A stretch of DNA of 40,707 bases, taken from the NCBI GenBank assembly GCA_964369125.1, contig CAYJEF010000001.1, forward strand, positions 1 to 40,707. The letters run 5' to 3'. Below, one piece after another: positions 20,501 through 35,500 of this stretch. The notes under the pieces are model-generated. The model did not search any database. It was given only the letters and a program-made list of their open reading frames with translations, and had not been told where the DNA came from. The position numbers and the translations under genes were made by a program. This DNA comes from an uncultured Christensenella sp. Its GTDB lineage: Bacteria; Bacillota; Clostridia; Christensenellales; UBA1242. Every line of letters begins with the position of its first letter. Positions within the stretch are counted from its first letter, which is position 1.

Positions 20501-23500
20501 TACTCCACACAGCGCACCGACTATGTCTTTAGAGGTTGGGCGTATTATTTCACAAACGCGGACAACAAAGGCTCTAGATCTATAGCCACAAACACTGAAA
20601 TATTCGAAATTATTGCTAATCCAAACAGCAACTATCGCTATTTCGAGACTTTGCTATCAGACTTTATTATGCCACCATATGACATCTATCTTTACGCTGT
20701 GTGGGAGGCAAATATCTATGAAATTTCGTATAAATACGACACATATTTAGGCGGTTCGGGCGACAGCAGTTACACCATATTTGGTCAACCAATTACGAAT
20801 GCAAGACTAGACAATTTAAAACAAAACCTCAAATATGGCACTCCCTTTACATTCCCAGCGTCCAGCAAACTAAATTCCTATTCTATAGTAGCACAGGCAC
20901 AAATAAACGACGCAAACCCAACAGATTTTACGAGTATAAAATCTCAAGTGCAGTTTGTGAACTCCGAGCGCGACCCATATGTCTATCCAAAGCAAATAAC
21001 ATATTTTGAGAACGACCAGACCATTTCTTGCGATGTCTATTCAAATGATGGCGTTTACTATTTCTATTGCGAAAGCGTTAAATATATCTTGCGCCAAAAT
21101 TATCGTCCAGACGGATATGTCCTAAATTATTATGAGATAAACGGGAGCAGATACACAACATATGGCAAGCAGTTTGAGATAAATGAAGCGTTTAGCGCCA
21201 ATATAAGCGACAAGAAGATTGTTATAACTCTCTACTACTCGCAAATTTCGCTAAACGTAGAAGTGAATTCAAACGGCGGAGAAGGTGATTTCATTATTGC
21301 AAACAACAAAGTGGGCGACGAGTTTTTGGTGCCATACAACAAATCCGTCACGAACTATTCCTCCTCTTTTGGAGCAATCTTCACGCAGTTTATATACAGG
21401 CAAAACCATGAACTTTTGGGATTTTCTAGAACTCAAGAGGACGCAAATAATGGCATAGTGGACTTCGCTCCCGGCGAGGCGTTTATAGTCACTGAACTTT
21501 CGCAAAATTCTATGATTATCTATGCTGTGTGGGGAACCGCGGTGTGCTTTGTGAAAGACGCGATAACCTTTAATGGAATAACAAAAGACATCTATTATAT
21601 GTCTCTAGATGAGGCTCTACTAGACGTCAACAATGCTTTGTATGCTCAAATAAACTCCACTATAATAATTATCGCCCAGAATGTCACACTTTCCTCGCCA
21701 ATAACAACAATGACAAATATTACAATCCTGCCAAATATCAGGGGAGTAGAGTTGACACTTGCGGGCAATTTTAGCACTACCGAAGCGTTTAAAGTAACAA
21801 ACTCATTTACGCTCACATTTGGGCAAAACGTCCCAGGAGATACCACTACTTTGACCCTAAGCGGGACGGGGACAGCAAGGGAACGAAGCGCAATAAACGT
21901 TGCGCTAGGTGGCAAATTAGTGTTAAATCAAAATGTCATTGCTCGCGACTGGCTTATCACATCGGGTCTTGCATCAAGCTATGGCGCGTTTGCTACAATA
22001 AGCGGTGACCTTGACATTAACGGCGCAAAATTCTTTGGAAACACTGCCATAAACGGCGGGGCACTACACGTGGCAAATGGTGGCAAAGTCACCATAAATT
22101 CTGCGGTGTTTGGCGGGGCTGGCGCCGAGAAGAATTCGGCAACAAAAGGCGGGGCTATATACCTGTCTGTCGGTGGTGGAATTACCATAAATTCTTGCTC
22201 GTTCATATACAACTCTGCCACAAATGGTGGCGCAATATATGTGGCGAACAACGCAAACTATTTTAATGTTTTGTCTGCGGAGTTTTCTAGCAACACCGCT
22301 TCAAACGGTGGTGGAGCATTATTCACAGCAAATGCCATAAGCCTTGGCGAAAGTAGCAGCAGTCATATTACTTTTACCGCGAACTCCGCTCTATCCGGAG
22401 GGGCAATCTATACCGAAAACAGTTTGACCGTTGCATATAACGTGTTCTTTTCTTCAAACCAAGCCACAAATGGAGGTGCCATATATTCCACGGCGTCTTT
22501 GGACATTTTATGCGCAAAATTTGTGGGAAACATTGCGACGACAAACGGCGGTGCAATCTACATTTCGGGCGCAAATATTTTGTCAATCAGTTCTAATAAC
22601 GCTACAAGTGACATTTCTCAAACGCTTTTGTCGTCAAACGGCGCTACATTCGGCGGGGCTATATATAGTAACGGCGCAAACGCAACCATTTCAAACGTGC
22701 TTTTGTCTGGTAACTATGCCGAGACTGGCGGTGCTATTTGCGTGCAAAACGGCACAGTGACGCTGACTGCGCTTGCAGAAATCTACGCAAACGGCAAGCG
22801 TGGCGACGTTGTCGTGACTAAATATGGCGGTGGCGTGGCAACACTTGAAAATGCAACACTTATGGTTAGTGGCAAAATCAGCGGGAACTTTACTTCCATT
22901 AGCGGTGGTGGCGTGTATGCCAAAGACACTTCCAAAATAGTTTTGAAAGAAACCGCGCTAATATCTCAAAACACTTCAAGCGTGAATGGTGGCGGTGTGT
23001 ATCTTGGTGGCGGTAGCAGAATAACAATGAACGGCACCATTTCAAATAATGTTGCGACAATTTCGGGCGGTGGAATTTATCATACGTCCAGCAATGCTCA
23101 AAGCGAATTTATCTATGGTTTGATAGAAAATAATCGTGCAAACTTCGGCGGGGCACTGTATCTATCTAACCTTGAATTTGACGCCGCGGTGACCCTAAAA
23201 GGAACAATATTCTCAGGAAACACTGCAACAAACACAATGTCAAACGAAATTTATGTTCAAGACGACACAAAACTGACGATAACTTCTTCCACAATTCTTG
23301 GCAACATTTATGTCACGTCGTCATATCAGACGGAATTTGTGCAACTGGAACTGGACGTTGCGGCAGTGGTGGACAAAGTTTTTCTCACGCGATATTCCTT
23401 TATAAACGTTCTTAACGAACTGCGAGCATACATAACCGCAAACGACGAAATGAAGATTAAAATCGTGCTAGCGGACTCAGCCACTTTGTATAAAAACAAT

Positions 23501-26500
23501 GTTCTGGAAAACAAAATTCTTGTAACTTTCAGCAACAATCTTGAACTTCTCACAAAAAACAAAGACTTCTTCACCCTCGAAATCGGAAACGATGAATTTG
23601 GCTCACCAATAAAGGGCTACGCGCTTTATGCCAACGAGGACCCAAACAAGAACTGTTTGCAAGTGAAAGAAGCCGCCGACCACATCAATATAAATCCAAG
23701 TGGTGGCACGCTTATTTACACAAATCCTCTTACAGACGAGCAAACTTTCTATACCTCAACGTTTACCCTAAGTCTTAAAGAAGATAGTGAAACGACACTG
23801 AAAATCCTTGAAAATATCACGGGCGAACGCTTAGGTTACCAATTGAAATCTGGCGAATATCTATATAGGAAAGACGCGACAACCATAATAAAATACAATT
23901 CTAGCAACAACAAACCAATACTTGGAATAACCCTTGAAGCGCAGTGGGAAGAACTCGAATTCACGGTCTACACTGTCGACGCAAGCACACAAACGCAGAC
24001 GGAATATGGCAAATATAAATATTCTCAGCGTGTTACTTTAAACACCCCTTCTCTCAACCACTATCGCTTTGTAAATTGGGAAGTTGCCTATAAAAATAAC
24101 GGCGTTTTGACGCAAACGGGCATATATTTTAATTCGTCAAATTTTGCTGACGGCAAGTTTAGGTTCTCTTTGCTCTCAAGCGACAACCTTGTTCCAAATA
24201 AAGAATACACATACAATGAAATTTACGCCGAAATCATAAGTAATGATATGGAAATTTATTTTGTGCCAATCTTCGTGCCAAAAGTGGTGTATATCAAAGT
24301 CTATGCCAACACTGGAAGCATTAGGGAAATACTCTCGACGCAGACGCAAAATTATAACCCAGAAATTTACAGCGACTATATTATATACACCATAAATCAA
24401 TATCAACTCTATGTTAATTACAACGAATTTTCCTATGACTTTATGCTCGCAGACCACGCAATCGTCGGGCTATACACTGATATGGACGTAGACGGTTACA
24501 CCGAGGGCACGGACGTAATGTATAGAGACTCAAACAAAAATCCATCAATCAGCGTGTTTGGGCTTCGCGACGAGGAAGTTATCTCTCTTTATTGTTATTG
24601 GCAAGAAGTTATCGCATATATTGTGAAAGCAGGAACGCAGGAGCAGGAATATTTCGACTCTATTTACACTGCAGTTACCTCACTTTCAGACGGCGACGAA
24701 CTGGTGCTGGTGAAAAAATCCATTTCTATAAACAAACCCCTGACATTCAGCGCAAATGTAACAATTTCGTCCACCGATAATATAGTCATTTCGCGTGCCT
24801 CGGTTTTCAGCGGGAATATGCTAAACATTTCAAGCAACGTGACGTTTAGACCTGAGTTTACGATAACTATTGACGGGGTGAAGAGCCAACACACAACGGG
24901 TTATAGCGGAATTTATGTGAATAACGGGAGTACGCTAACATTAAACTCCAACGTAAAAGTAATAAATCACGGGAGCACTTCACAGGGCGCTGGCATCTAT
25001 TCCAAAGGCAGTGTCATCTTAAACGGCGCCGAGATTTCAAACAATACGTCTTCAAGACAAGGCGGTGGAATTTATTCCGTTGGAACGCTGACTATAAACG
25101 TTGGCACTAAAATCACCGGCAACACCGCAAATTTCGGCGGTGGCGTGTATATCGCCGAAGATGCTTCTAGTTTCGTTATGTTGGGCGGTCAAGTGAACGC
25201 AAACACGGCAACTCAGGGCGGTGGCATATATTTTGCCAGCAAACTCTCAGGCGTCATTTTGAGCGGAGAAATTTCAAATAACAACGTTAGTTATGTCGGC
25301 GCAAGCAACTATTATGGCGGTGGCATTTACATCGCCCTCAACAGTGGACTTCTTACCTTTGGTGACACATCTAGCAACTTTCCAACCATTTCAAGCAACA
25401 AATCCCACTATGGCGGTGGCATTTACGTCCACGGCAACGACGCCAGCAACGCTGATTATAATGTGCTTATAAACAACATTTTAATCTCGCAAAACGAGGC
25501 GACGTATGGCGGTGGCATTTGTATTGGCGACAACACCACTTCCGCCAGCAACCACACCGTGCTTATGCAGGGTGGCGAAATAATAAACAATCGCACCGCT
25601 ACATATGGCGGAGGATTATATATCGTGCGCGGAAAATTCGAAATCCGTGGTGGCGAAATCTCTGGGAACAAACTCCCTTCGGACATAACATATAGAAACA
25701 TATATATTGGCGCTCAAAATGCGACAAGCGTTGGCATCGTCAGAATATATGGTGGCACGATAGGAAGCGCGAATGACGGCGGGAAGATTTACATCGATCG
25801 CACTTTATCAAAGGCGGGACAACTGCACTTTGGCGGAATAAGTGGCACGACACTTACCATGAATGACCATATCGACCTTGTGCAGAATATGTATGTCAAT
25901 ATTTTAAGCCCACTAAATTCGGGCGTTGTCATAACCATTGAACCTCGCACCGTATTGCAAAATAATAGTGACAAATTCCTCGTCGCAGTGTTTGCAAATA
26001 ACATTGTCGCCACCGACGCAATATTCTTCATTGACGATGACGACAGTCGTTTTAGAGTATTTGGTCAAGAAATATATGTAACAAAGGCAATCTTTAGCCT
26101 CTATCTAGACCCAACTTTTGGCATAATTTCCGACAATGGGCTTGTGGGTTTTGATTATGTCATCGAGAACAACATTTGGATTGTTCAAGTCCCAAATTTG
26201 AGACCGTTAAAAGATATTCTTGATAAGATAATCGTACGCGCCACAAACCGCGACTTCATTTCGTGGCTGGTGGGTGGCACGCCAGTTGCGCTTGACGTGG
26301 AAAACGCCACTATGTCCAAAGCCGACCTTACGCTATTGTGTTCGTGGACAGACATCTATCGCACGCTGACAATAGACCTGAACCACACCAAAGGAAGCAG
26401 CGGTGAGCGCGCAGTTTTGAGCAATACATCGCCAATCTATCCTTATTACAGCCAAGCCACAAACACAGTTACCCTAAAAGTTTTTGTGGGTGGACAACTG

Positions 26501-29500
26501 ACAAAAGAGGGGCATAGCGCGCTTCTTGACCTAATCGGCAACGCACAGAGTCCATATTTAACACGAAATGGCTATCAATTTGCATCGTTTAACATTTCTC
26601 AACTAGGCACCGGCGCAAATTATGAATTGGCGGATATTTTTGAAATGCCAGATAGCGACCTTGTTTTATATGTATTGTGGGAGCCTAAAGAGTTCACTAT
26701 CGTTTACCACGCGAATAAACCTGTGGGCGCTTCGGACACGGCAACACTTATCGACCAAAGCGTAACTTGCAATTTTGACACCTTCGTAATTATTTCCTAT
26801 AGTGATATATTCTCTATAACGGGCTGGAAATTCTATAACTGGAACACATCTGCCGACGGCACAGGCACGAATTTTGCTTTTGGCACGAAATACAATTTTG
26901 CATATAACGCCAGCACAACTCTTGACTTATATGCCATTTGGACCCCAAACACATACACCATAAAATATGACGCGGGCGACAATTCTTCTCAAGTCACAAA
27001 CACTTTCAGTGACAGCACAACATATACCTATGACACACAAAGAACTTTGCCAACGGGTTCTTTCACCGCAGTTGGATATACGCAAACAGGTTGGAGTGAC
27101 GACTTTGGCAACAATTTCACATTTGGTCAAGCCGTTAGTAATCTTACGACAGAGGGAGAATTAACACTCTATGCCGTGTGGACGCCAGTCACCATAAAAG
27201 TGTTCTTCCACAGGTCAGGGGCAAGCGACGCCAGCATATACGACGTTACGTTTGCATATGCCGACACAGAACATAACACTCTGCCTCTCGTGAACACAAT
27301 TCCTGGAATAGACACCAGTTACCGTGTGTTCAAAGGTTGGAGTCGTTCCCCATACAGCGTTTGGAAGACGGCGAAAGCGACCTTCATCGACGGCGCAGAT
27401 ATTTCTTCACACTTAACCTCGGGCGACATTCATCTATACCCAATCTGGGCACCATATTCTGCCACAATTCATAGCAACACCACGGGCGAAACCTTTAGAA
27501 CCTATGAAGTGGATAGTAACGGCGAAGTGGAACTCACCTTAACGGAACTCGCGAGTAGATTTAGCAGACTAGGCTTTGAGATTGATTATTTGTCTAACAC
27601 TTCAAACCTTGCAAATTCAACCAGCACATATATGTTCACAAACGGCAGTCTCGTCATTGATTTTGCAATGCTCGGCAGTACACTCGACTTATATATTGCT
27701 TGGAAAGCAGTGACATACACGGTGGAATTTGTGGCAGGGGACATCACCCTTGATGACAAATTAGTCACCACCACGCCAGACGGCACCTCGTTTGCCTCGG
27801 TCGGCGACATTTTAAGCATCACGCTTTATGGCTCAGACGATATAGGAGACACATTCGAGGGTTGGTCGTTTGACGAGCAGTTGTCCACATTCGACGCAGA
27901 ATTGTCACAAACTTTCATGCTAACGTATGACATTCTGGAAAAAATAGCCAACTATCAAACGCTGTCAAACAACACAATCACAATATATGCGCTCTCAACC
28001 ATAACATATAAAATAACTTATGACTTAAACGCCGACGGTCACAACGTCATAAACGCCAGCACGTCGGAAATTTTGTCAAACGGCACGAATATTACAAGCG
28101 ACATTAGCATAAACGACACCGCAAACATTGTCTTTGCGGACAAAATGGGCAAAGTGTGGGAGATTGCGGACATTCAAACGAGTAATGTAAATTCCCGCTA
28201 TGCCTATTTCCTCGGCTGGGCAGAGGACGCAAGTGCGAGCGTGCCAACATACTCTCCTCTTGGGATTTCAACGGCGCGTTTTGCCAAAGACATTACGCTC
28301 TATGCCGTTTGGCAAGATTACACCAATCCATTCTATTTTAATTACACTAATTCGGCAATTACGGGACTAAGCGCTATTGGCGTCAGCAACCTCAGCGCAA
28401 ACGCCAGCATAGTTTTGCCACATCACGCGCTAACCCTCTCGGGCGGGACGCTCACCATTGGCGAAACAATAACTTCGGTAGGGTTTGCACAAAATAATGG
28501 AAACAGCAATATTATTTCGCTTGACTTCTCTCTTTCTACGGCAGTTACGACTCTTCCAGAGTTAGCCTTTGTCAACCTTTCGAATTTGACTTCTGTCACA
28601 AATTTGCCAGTAAATGTGAATATTGCAAACGGAGCGCTATCAAGCAAAAATCTTTCTGAAATTACCTTTATAGGCGCACAAAACAAATATTATTTTGACA
28701 CGGACGGCAATATGTATGTTATCGCGAGCGGTGTCGCCGAACTTCACACGGCACTGGTAAAGATTTCGCTATCGGTCGATGAATTTATTTTGAAAGGCAC
28801 TGTCAACCTATCTGGCACGAACTACACTATCTCAAAACTACAAAAATATGCGCTTTACAACACCGAATATGTGTTTATAACAATTCCAAACTCCGTCACC
28901 GAGATTGCGGGTAGCGCCTTTATGCAAACCGAGTATTTGGTCAACCTTACTGTTCCATTCGTGGGCAAAAATCAAACCGAGAACACCTCTCTTGCCTTTG
29001 TGTTTGGTGGCGCGGATAACGTGCCGTCGTCGCTTAAAAAAGTTACTGTAACAAACCAAACGGAAGTAAAAGCGGGAGCGTTTAAAGATTGCAATGACAT
29101 AACGACCGTCATTTACACAAGTGGCACAGTCACAGTTGTGAACGACGACGCCTTTAATGGTTGTGCCTCGCTTATGCTAACAGGACGAGCGGGCGAATTG
29201 AACCTTGAGTCTCTTGAAACAGTTGGTAACAACGCCTTTAACGGTTGCGTTAGTATAGAAAGTCAAATTAATCTTGCCAGTATAATTACTCTTGGCGATA
29301 ACGCTTTTAGTGGCACAAACATTCAATTTGTGGAAATTAACCGCAACGCACAAAACGTCAGCAACCTTGCCTTTGCAGGTGTCACGACGCTCACGCAAGC
29401 GCGTGTGTTTAGTTTAATCGCCTTTGACGCAGTCATCACAAACACGGGAATCTTCAAAATGCTTAGCGATAACTTCACTAGCGACCAGACAATTTTCGTT

Positions 29501-32500
29501 TCAGCCCATTTCTTCTCCATAATAAATCGCGAAGAAAACGCAGAATATTTGGAATATAATATCGTTGTCGAAGATATGATAGAAGTGTTTAACGCAAACA
29601 AGGATTTTGTGTCTAACCACGCTAGCCTTGAAAGCGCAATTCAAAGCGCACAGCGTGGCGACTATGTTGTAGTCAAATATTGTGAAATTCTAACTAGCAG
29701 TATACTGATAAACAAAGACATAACAATTTTTTCTGCATACGACCAACTTGACTCCGAGAACGAAGCCGCAAACGACTATAACAACAGAACTGTAACGCTT
29801 TCTCGCGACGCCACACTTGCTGGCAATGTGTTCCTCATAAATTCAAACAACGTGACGTTTGGCTATTCTGGCACGTTTAAAGACTACAAAGTTGTGGCAT
29901 TAAATATCGTCGGCAACAATGACGCAAACAGTTCCAGTTTCTTCTCCGTCATAGGTGGCGGTTTGACATTAAGTGGAAACGTAAATATTACAGGGAACCA
30001 AGCGAAAACGGGCTCTGTTGCATTCATTTCCGACGCTCAAGTGGTCGTGAATGGCGCAAAAATCTATGGCAACAAGGCGGTAGAAGAAGGCGCTAATCAA
30101 AACACTGGCAACGGCGGAGTGTTCTATCTTGCCACAAAATCCACTCTTGATATTATCTCTGGCGAAATTTATGACAACACTGCCACGCGTGGTGGCGTTG
30201 CATATTCAGTAGGTCACAGCATAATATCAATCAATGGTAGCAATGCGGACGCCGTGAAAATCTACGAAAACTCCGCCAAAGAGGGCGGTGTGCTTTACAT
30301 TGCTTCCACAATTCTTGACGAATCCGCCACAAACTATGTGGGAAGATCCAAAATTTATAACAACAGCCCAGAGAACTACACAAACTCGTTTGGTGGTGCG
30401 TTCACCATTGCTGGCGGTATGCTCAAAATTACTGACGGCGCAGAGGTGTATGGCAATTCGTCCGGCAACGGTGGGGCAGTCGCGGTAAAGAGTGGCATTT
30501 TAATCATCGGTTCGGCAACCATAGGCGGGAGTTCTTCCGCTCAAGCAAACTCCGCTCTTTCATACGGCACCTCGCAAGGCAACAAGGGTGGCGGTATTTA
30601 CGTGGGCGATAACGGTATTCTAAGAGTAACCGCAGGAGCACTCATTTCGAACAATCAAGCACGATTTGGTGGCAACATCTACTTTGGCGCGACTACAGGC
30701 GGATATGCTTCCATCATTTCAGGTGGCGTAATCTCTTATGGCAACAGTCTTGTGAGTCTAAGCAACAGCACAAACCACTATGGTGGAGGCATTTACGCAA
30801 CAGGCGGTGTTCTAAACATATATAATTGCACCATTTCAAACAACCTCGCGGGCTATGGCGCAGGCATCTACACCATTTCTACAACTCTCTTTGTTAATTA
30901 TGGCACGTTATTTAATGGCAACGACGCAGGTAAGGACGGAGGAGGGTTATTTGTCGCAAAATCCGCGAGCACAAAAATAATTACAATAGACGGCGCGACG
31001 TTTAGAAACAACTATGCAACCACGAATGGTGGTGCTGTGGCAGTGGTCGGCGACGAAGTCGACATTCTCTGCTCCACCATTTCAACCTATATCGGCGTCA
31101 AAAACGACGTATTATACGCTAGCGAGCGTTATAAGGGCGGGAATAATGCAGGTGTTAACGGTGGCGGACTATATATCGCAGGCGAAGGCAAAGTTAATAT
31201 CCTTGGCGCCAGCAACATTCAAAACAACCAGTCAAACACTGGCGCTGGCATATACTTCTATAATGGCGGACTTATTCTAAAAGGCGCTAACATTTCATAC
31301 AACACTGCGACCACCAGGGGTGGTGGACTTTATGTCAGCGACGGCATCGGCGACGGATACAGGAGTAATGGTGCGTTTTTAAGTGTGTTTGAAATCTACG
31401 ACAACGCGACATTCTCGTTAAACACTGCACAAGACGGAGCAGGACTATATTTAGACAACAGGCAAATAGCAATTTCCAGCGCGCGTTTCACTTCAAACAC
31501 TGCACAAAAATCAAACGAAACAAACGGCAAAGGTGGCGCAATATTTGTTAGCAGTGGCGCAGTTTTGACACTTGACGACGTTAGAATAGAGCAAAATATA
31601 TCCACAAACTCTGTTGCATATTCGGGAATATACCTAAACAGCACTTCGCCAAATGCTTTACAAATAACAAATATGCTTCATATGCAAGTGTCAAGAAGTA
31701 TTGCAACGGGCGCCGACACCTCAAACCCAATCTATCTCATATATGGCGCGACGATTATGGTCACAGACAAATTTGTTAGTGGCAGACCAATAAAAATATA
31801 TATGGAACAGGTTTTAGAGGTTAACGAACGTGTGCTTATTGCGCGATTTAATAGCAGAGATGACGCTTCTAGCGCGAAATTTACCGCCGAAGAAATCGTG
31901 TTTATGCAACAAAACGAAAACATCTACGCCGCACAAGCAACTGTGAAAGATTACACGAGCAATGTTTACTATGCTTCCATAAACGACGCCGTCTCCCAAA
32001 CTACGGCGCAAAAACTATATCTAATGCTCCTAAGAGACCAATACATTACGTCTAGTATGACTATTGAAATCCCGCAGGGTAGGGAAGTTGTCATAGTCTC
32101 GCGCCCACGCGAAGATAACGCGACACTGGGCTACAAGATTTACAGGCAGTTTGATGAGCAAGACAAAAACACAGGAACGCTCTTCAATGTTCGTGGCACC
32201 CTTACTATATATTTGGCAAACAGCGATTACAGTTCGTATAGTTCTGCCGAGTTTTATGGCGTTCCAGTCGTCATCGACGGTCAAAGTAACAATCAAACCT
32301 CAGAAATTTGCTCATCTCTTGTCCAAATCTACAAAAATGGCACTCTTAATGTAAATTCGATGGCATATCTCATAAACAACCGCGCGCAAAATGGAGGAGC
32401 AGTTTACGTAGGTGCAAACGAGACTTTAATGGCGGGCGATATTTCTGCCACATTAAACCTTAATGGTGGCAATATATTCAACAATTCTGCCGCCAAAAAC

Positions 32501-35500
32501 GCCAGCAATGTGGGCGGGAACGGCGGTGCTATTTATGTATATTATGGTCAAGTGAACCTAAACAGTGGCACGCTTGGAAAATATGACACGGCGACGTCCA
32601 GTTATTCTGGCAACACAGCAGTGGCGGGCGGTGCAGTTTATATTTCAAACGGCAATTTAACTGCTGGCGAAATGGTAATTGAAGGTAACACTGCGGACAA
32701 AGGCGGAGCAATTTACGTCCACAATCAGGGTACTGTGCAAATGACCAAAACCACTGTTAGAAACAACAACGCCACCACGGCAGGTGGAGCGCTTTGCCTC
32801 TATTCCACAGTTCAAACTTCGGGCGGTGAATATGTCCTTAGTGGCGTGACTTTCACGAATAATATTTCAGCAAACGGTGGCGCGATATACCTATATTATG
32901 GGCTTCTAGTTTTGGGCGATCACACAGGGCAAAGTTTGATAACTTCTTCGCGCTTTACATTAAACTCTGCGACGACTTATGGCGGGGCAATCACAGTTGA
33001 CGGCTATGGCATTATAAAAGCCACAAACGCAGAGTTTACAAATAACACAGCGGGAACCAGCGGTGGAGCGATATTCTTCGGGGCAAACTTTGTTAATAGG
33101 ACAAACGAAGCGGAATCGAATAGCGTTTTGTCACAGGTCCATATCGGCGGAGCAAGCGCAGGAAACACAGCAACTTCCGGCGGTGGAATCTACGTGGCAA
33201 AGGGGCAACTTATTATCAATCAAAATTCTACAGTCAGCCACAACATCGCAACATTTGGCGGAGGACTATTCGTGGGTGACGAGGGGTCTGTTGCCATAAC
33301 AAACAGCACCCTAAGATACAACTTTGCAGACAAGGGCGGGGCAATAATGTTTGCATCGCAGTCCAGCGTCAGCAGTCTCGAATTGTACGGTGTAACAATT
33401 TCAAACAACAACGCAACCGCAACAGGCGCCTCCGTTGGCGGTGGCATCTACGTCGCCGAGAACGCTCTTGGATTAATTGTCACAAACGAAATGATTTCGG
33501 GCGAAAATAGGGTGAAAACAACCATAACGAACAACACTGCAAACTCGGGCGGGGCGGGGTTGTATGTCGCTGGAGGTGAAGTGAAATTGCAAAACACGCT
33601 TGTAACTTCCAATACAACGACAAACGAAACGGGCGCAGGGCTTTTTGTCACGGGAGGCTCGGTCGTGCTCCAAGACGCCACTGTGTCTAATAACATTACA
33701 AACAGACAAGACAAAACGGGTAGCAATATTTACTTCTTTGGTGGCAACATTCGCCTATTTGGCGACAACACGATTTCAAGCACCACCTCGGGCTTTTCCG
33801 GCATAATGCTTGGCAGTATAACCACCACACTCTCTCGCTTCACACTCTCGGGCTCAATCGACAACATTATGGACAGTATATATTTGTCGTCAAACCGCAC
33901 ATATATAGTAGTCAAAGAAGACTCCAGCACGACTTCCACGGTGAAACTAACGCGCACGAACGCCACGAAAACAGTTCGCATCGAACTCTTTATGGACAAA
34001 TCGGCGTCCTTCCACCATGAGTTTGGCAACACGGTCGTTATGTTCGACAGCGCTGTGCTCGCCGAGCAAAAGACACAATATTTCTCGACGTCGCTTGAGA
34101 GTCAATTCCTTCTCAAACAAAGTAGCGACCCAAGCAACTCTTTCTGCACGGTGTTAATTCCGCAATATTTTGAGGAAATTAACACGAATGGCGTCATCGT
34201 TGGAGCATACTACACCTTGCAAGAAGCGGTAAACAAAGTAACAAACGGCAATATAATTCTAATAAACATTGCGGACAAAACAGAAGAAAACAGAGTTTAT
34301 TATGTGTCTTCCACCATTGTCACGCCAGACACGAACAAAAATATTATTATTTCCGCACGCTTAGCAAACACAAAAATTATGCGCGGAATAAATTCCGACG
34401 GCACAGATTTTGCTGGAAATATCTTTAATGTGTCCGCTAGCGACAGCGTCTATTTCGGCGTTCATTCATTGTGGAACAGTGTCTATTCAATCTATTGCAC
34501 AGAGGGTTTTGCCGACTTCACCCTTTCGTTTATTGGCGGTAAGTATTCGTCAACTGCAAGTGATAGCATAAATTCAAGCGCGCATATTCTGCAAAACTCC
34601 GGCATCTTAACGCTTGGGAAGGGCGTAGAAATTACAAACGAACACACCACGGCGAACGGTTCCGCCGTTATGTCCACAGCCGGCGCTTTAAACATAATAA
34701 ACGCCACAATCTTTAACAACTTTGCAAAAGAGGCGGAGGACAACAGCGCTAAAGGTGGTGCAATATTTGCTAGTAACACCGCAGTCGTAATCTTAAACAG
34801 CGTTCTTTACAAAAACTCCTCCGATTTAGGCGGGGCTATTTATGTGCAAAATGGAACGCTTCAAATCTCATACAGCACGATTGGAGGCACTGACAGTGTC
34901 CTTGCCACAGAAGAAACCGCGTCTGCCAACATTGCAAGAAACGGCGGAGCAATTTACTCGGCGGGTTCGACCGTGACTCTGCTCACTGGAGCACTTATCT
35001 CGCAAAACTTCGCTACATTGTGTGGCGGAGGGCTCTATCTTACGTCCTATCTATTACCAAATGGCACTTTTGCTTCATCAAAACTTATTTTGAACGATGG
35101 CGAAATTTCCTACAACTACGCCGTGAACTTTGGCGGTGGCGTCTATGTAGAGGACAACTTCACGTCAGTTCCAAGCGAAAGTGCAACCAGCGCAGAAATC
35201 GAAACATTCTTTAATTCTCGCGTAAACTTGCAACAAAACGGTGGGCAAATATCACACAACACGGCAGGAAATAACGGCGGTGGCGTGTATGCCACAAGTT
35301 TTGTGCTAAGTAATGGCACAAAAACTTTTGGTGGAACAACCATTGTGACTGTAAGTGGAGTAGAAAGAAAAGTCTATGGCGTGGCGGTGAAAATTGCCGG
35401 CGGAGCAATAAATTACAACTTTACACAGAGCGCCACAAGCATGGGCGGTGGCGTCTATCTCGACGGTGCAGAGTTTGTGATAGCAGGGGGCGAAATCAGC

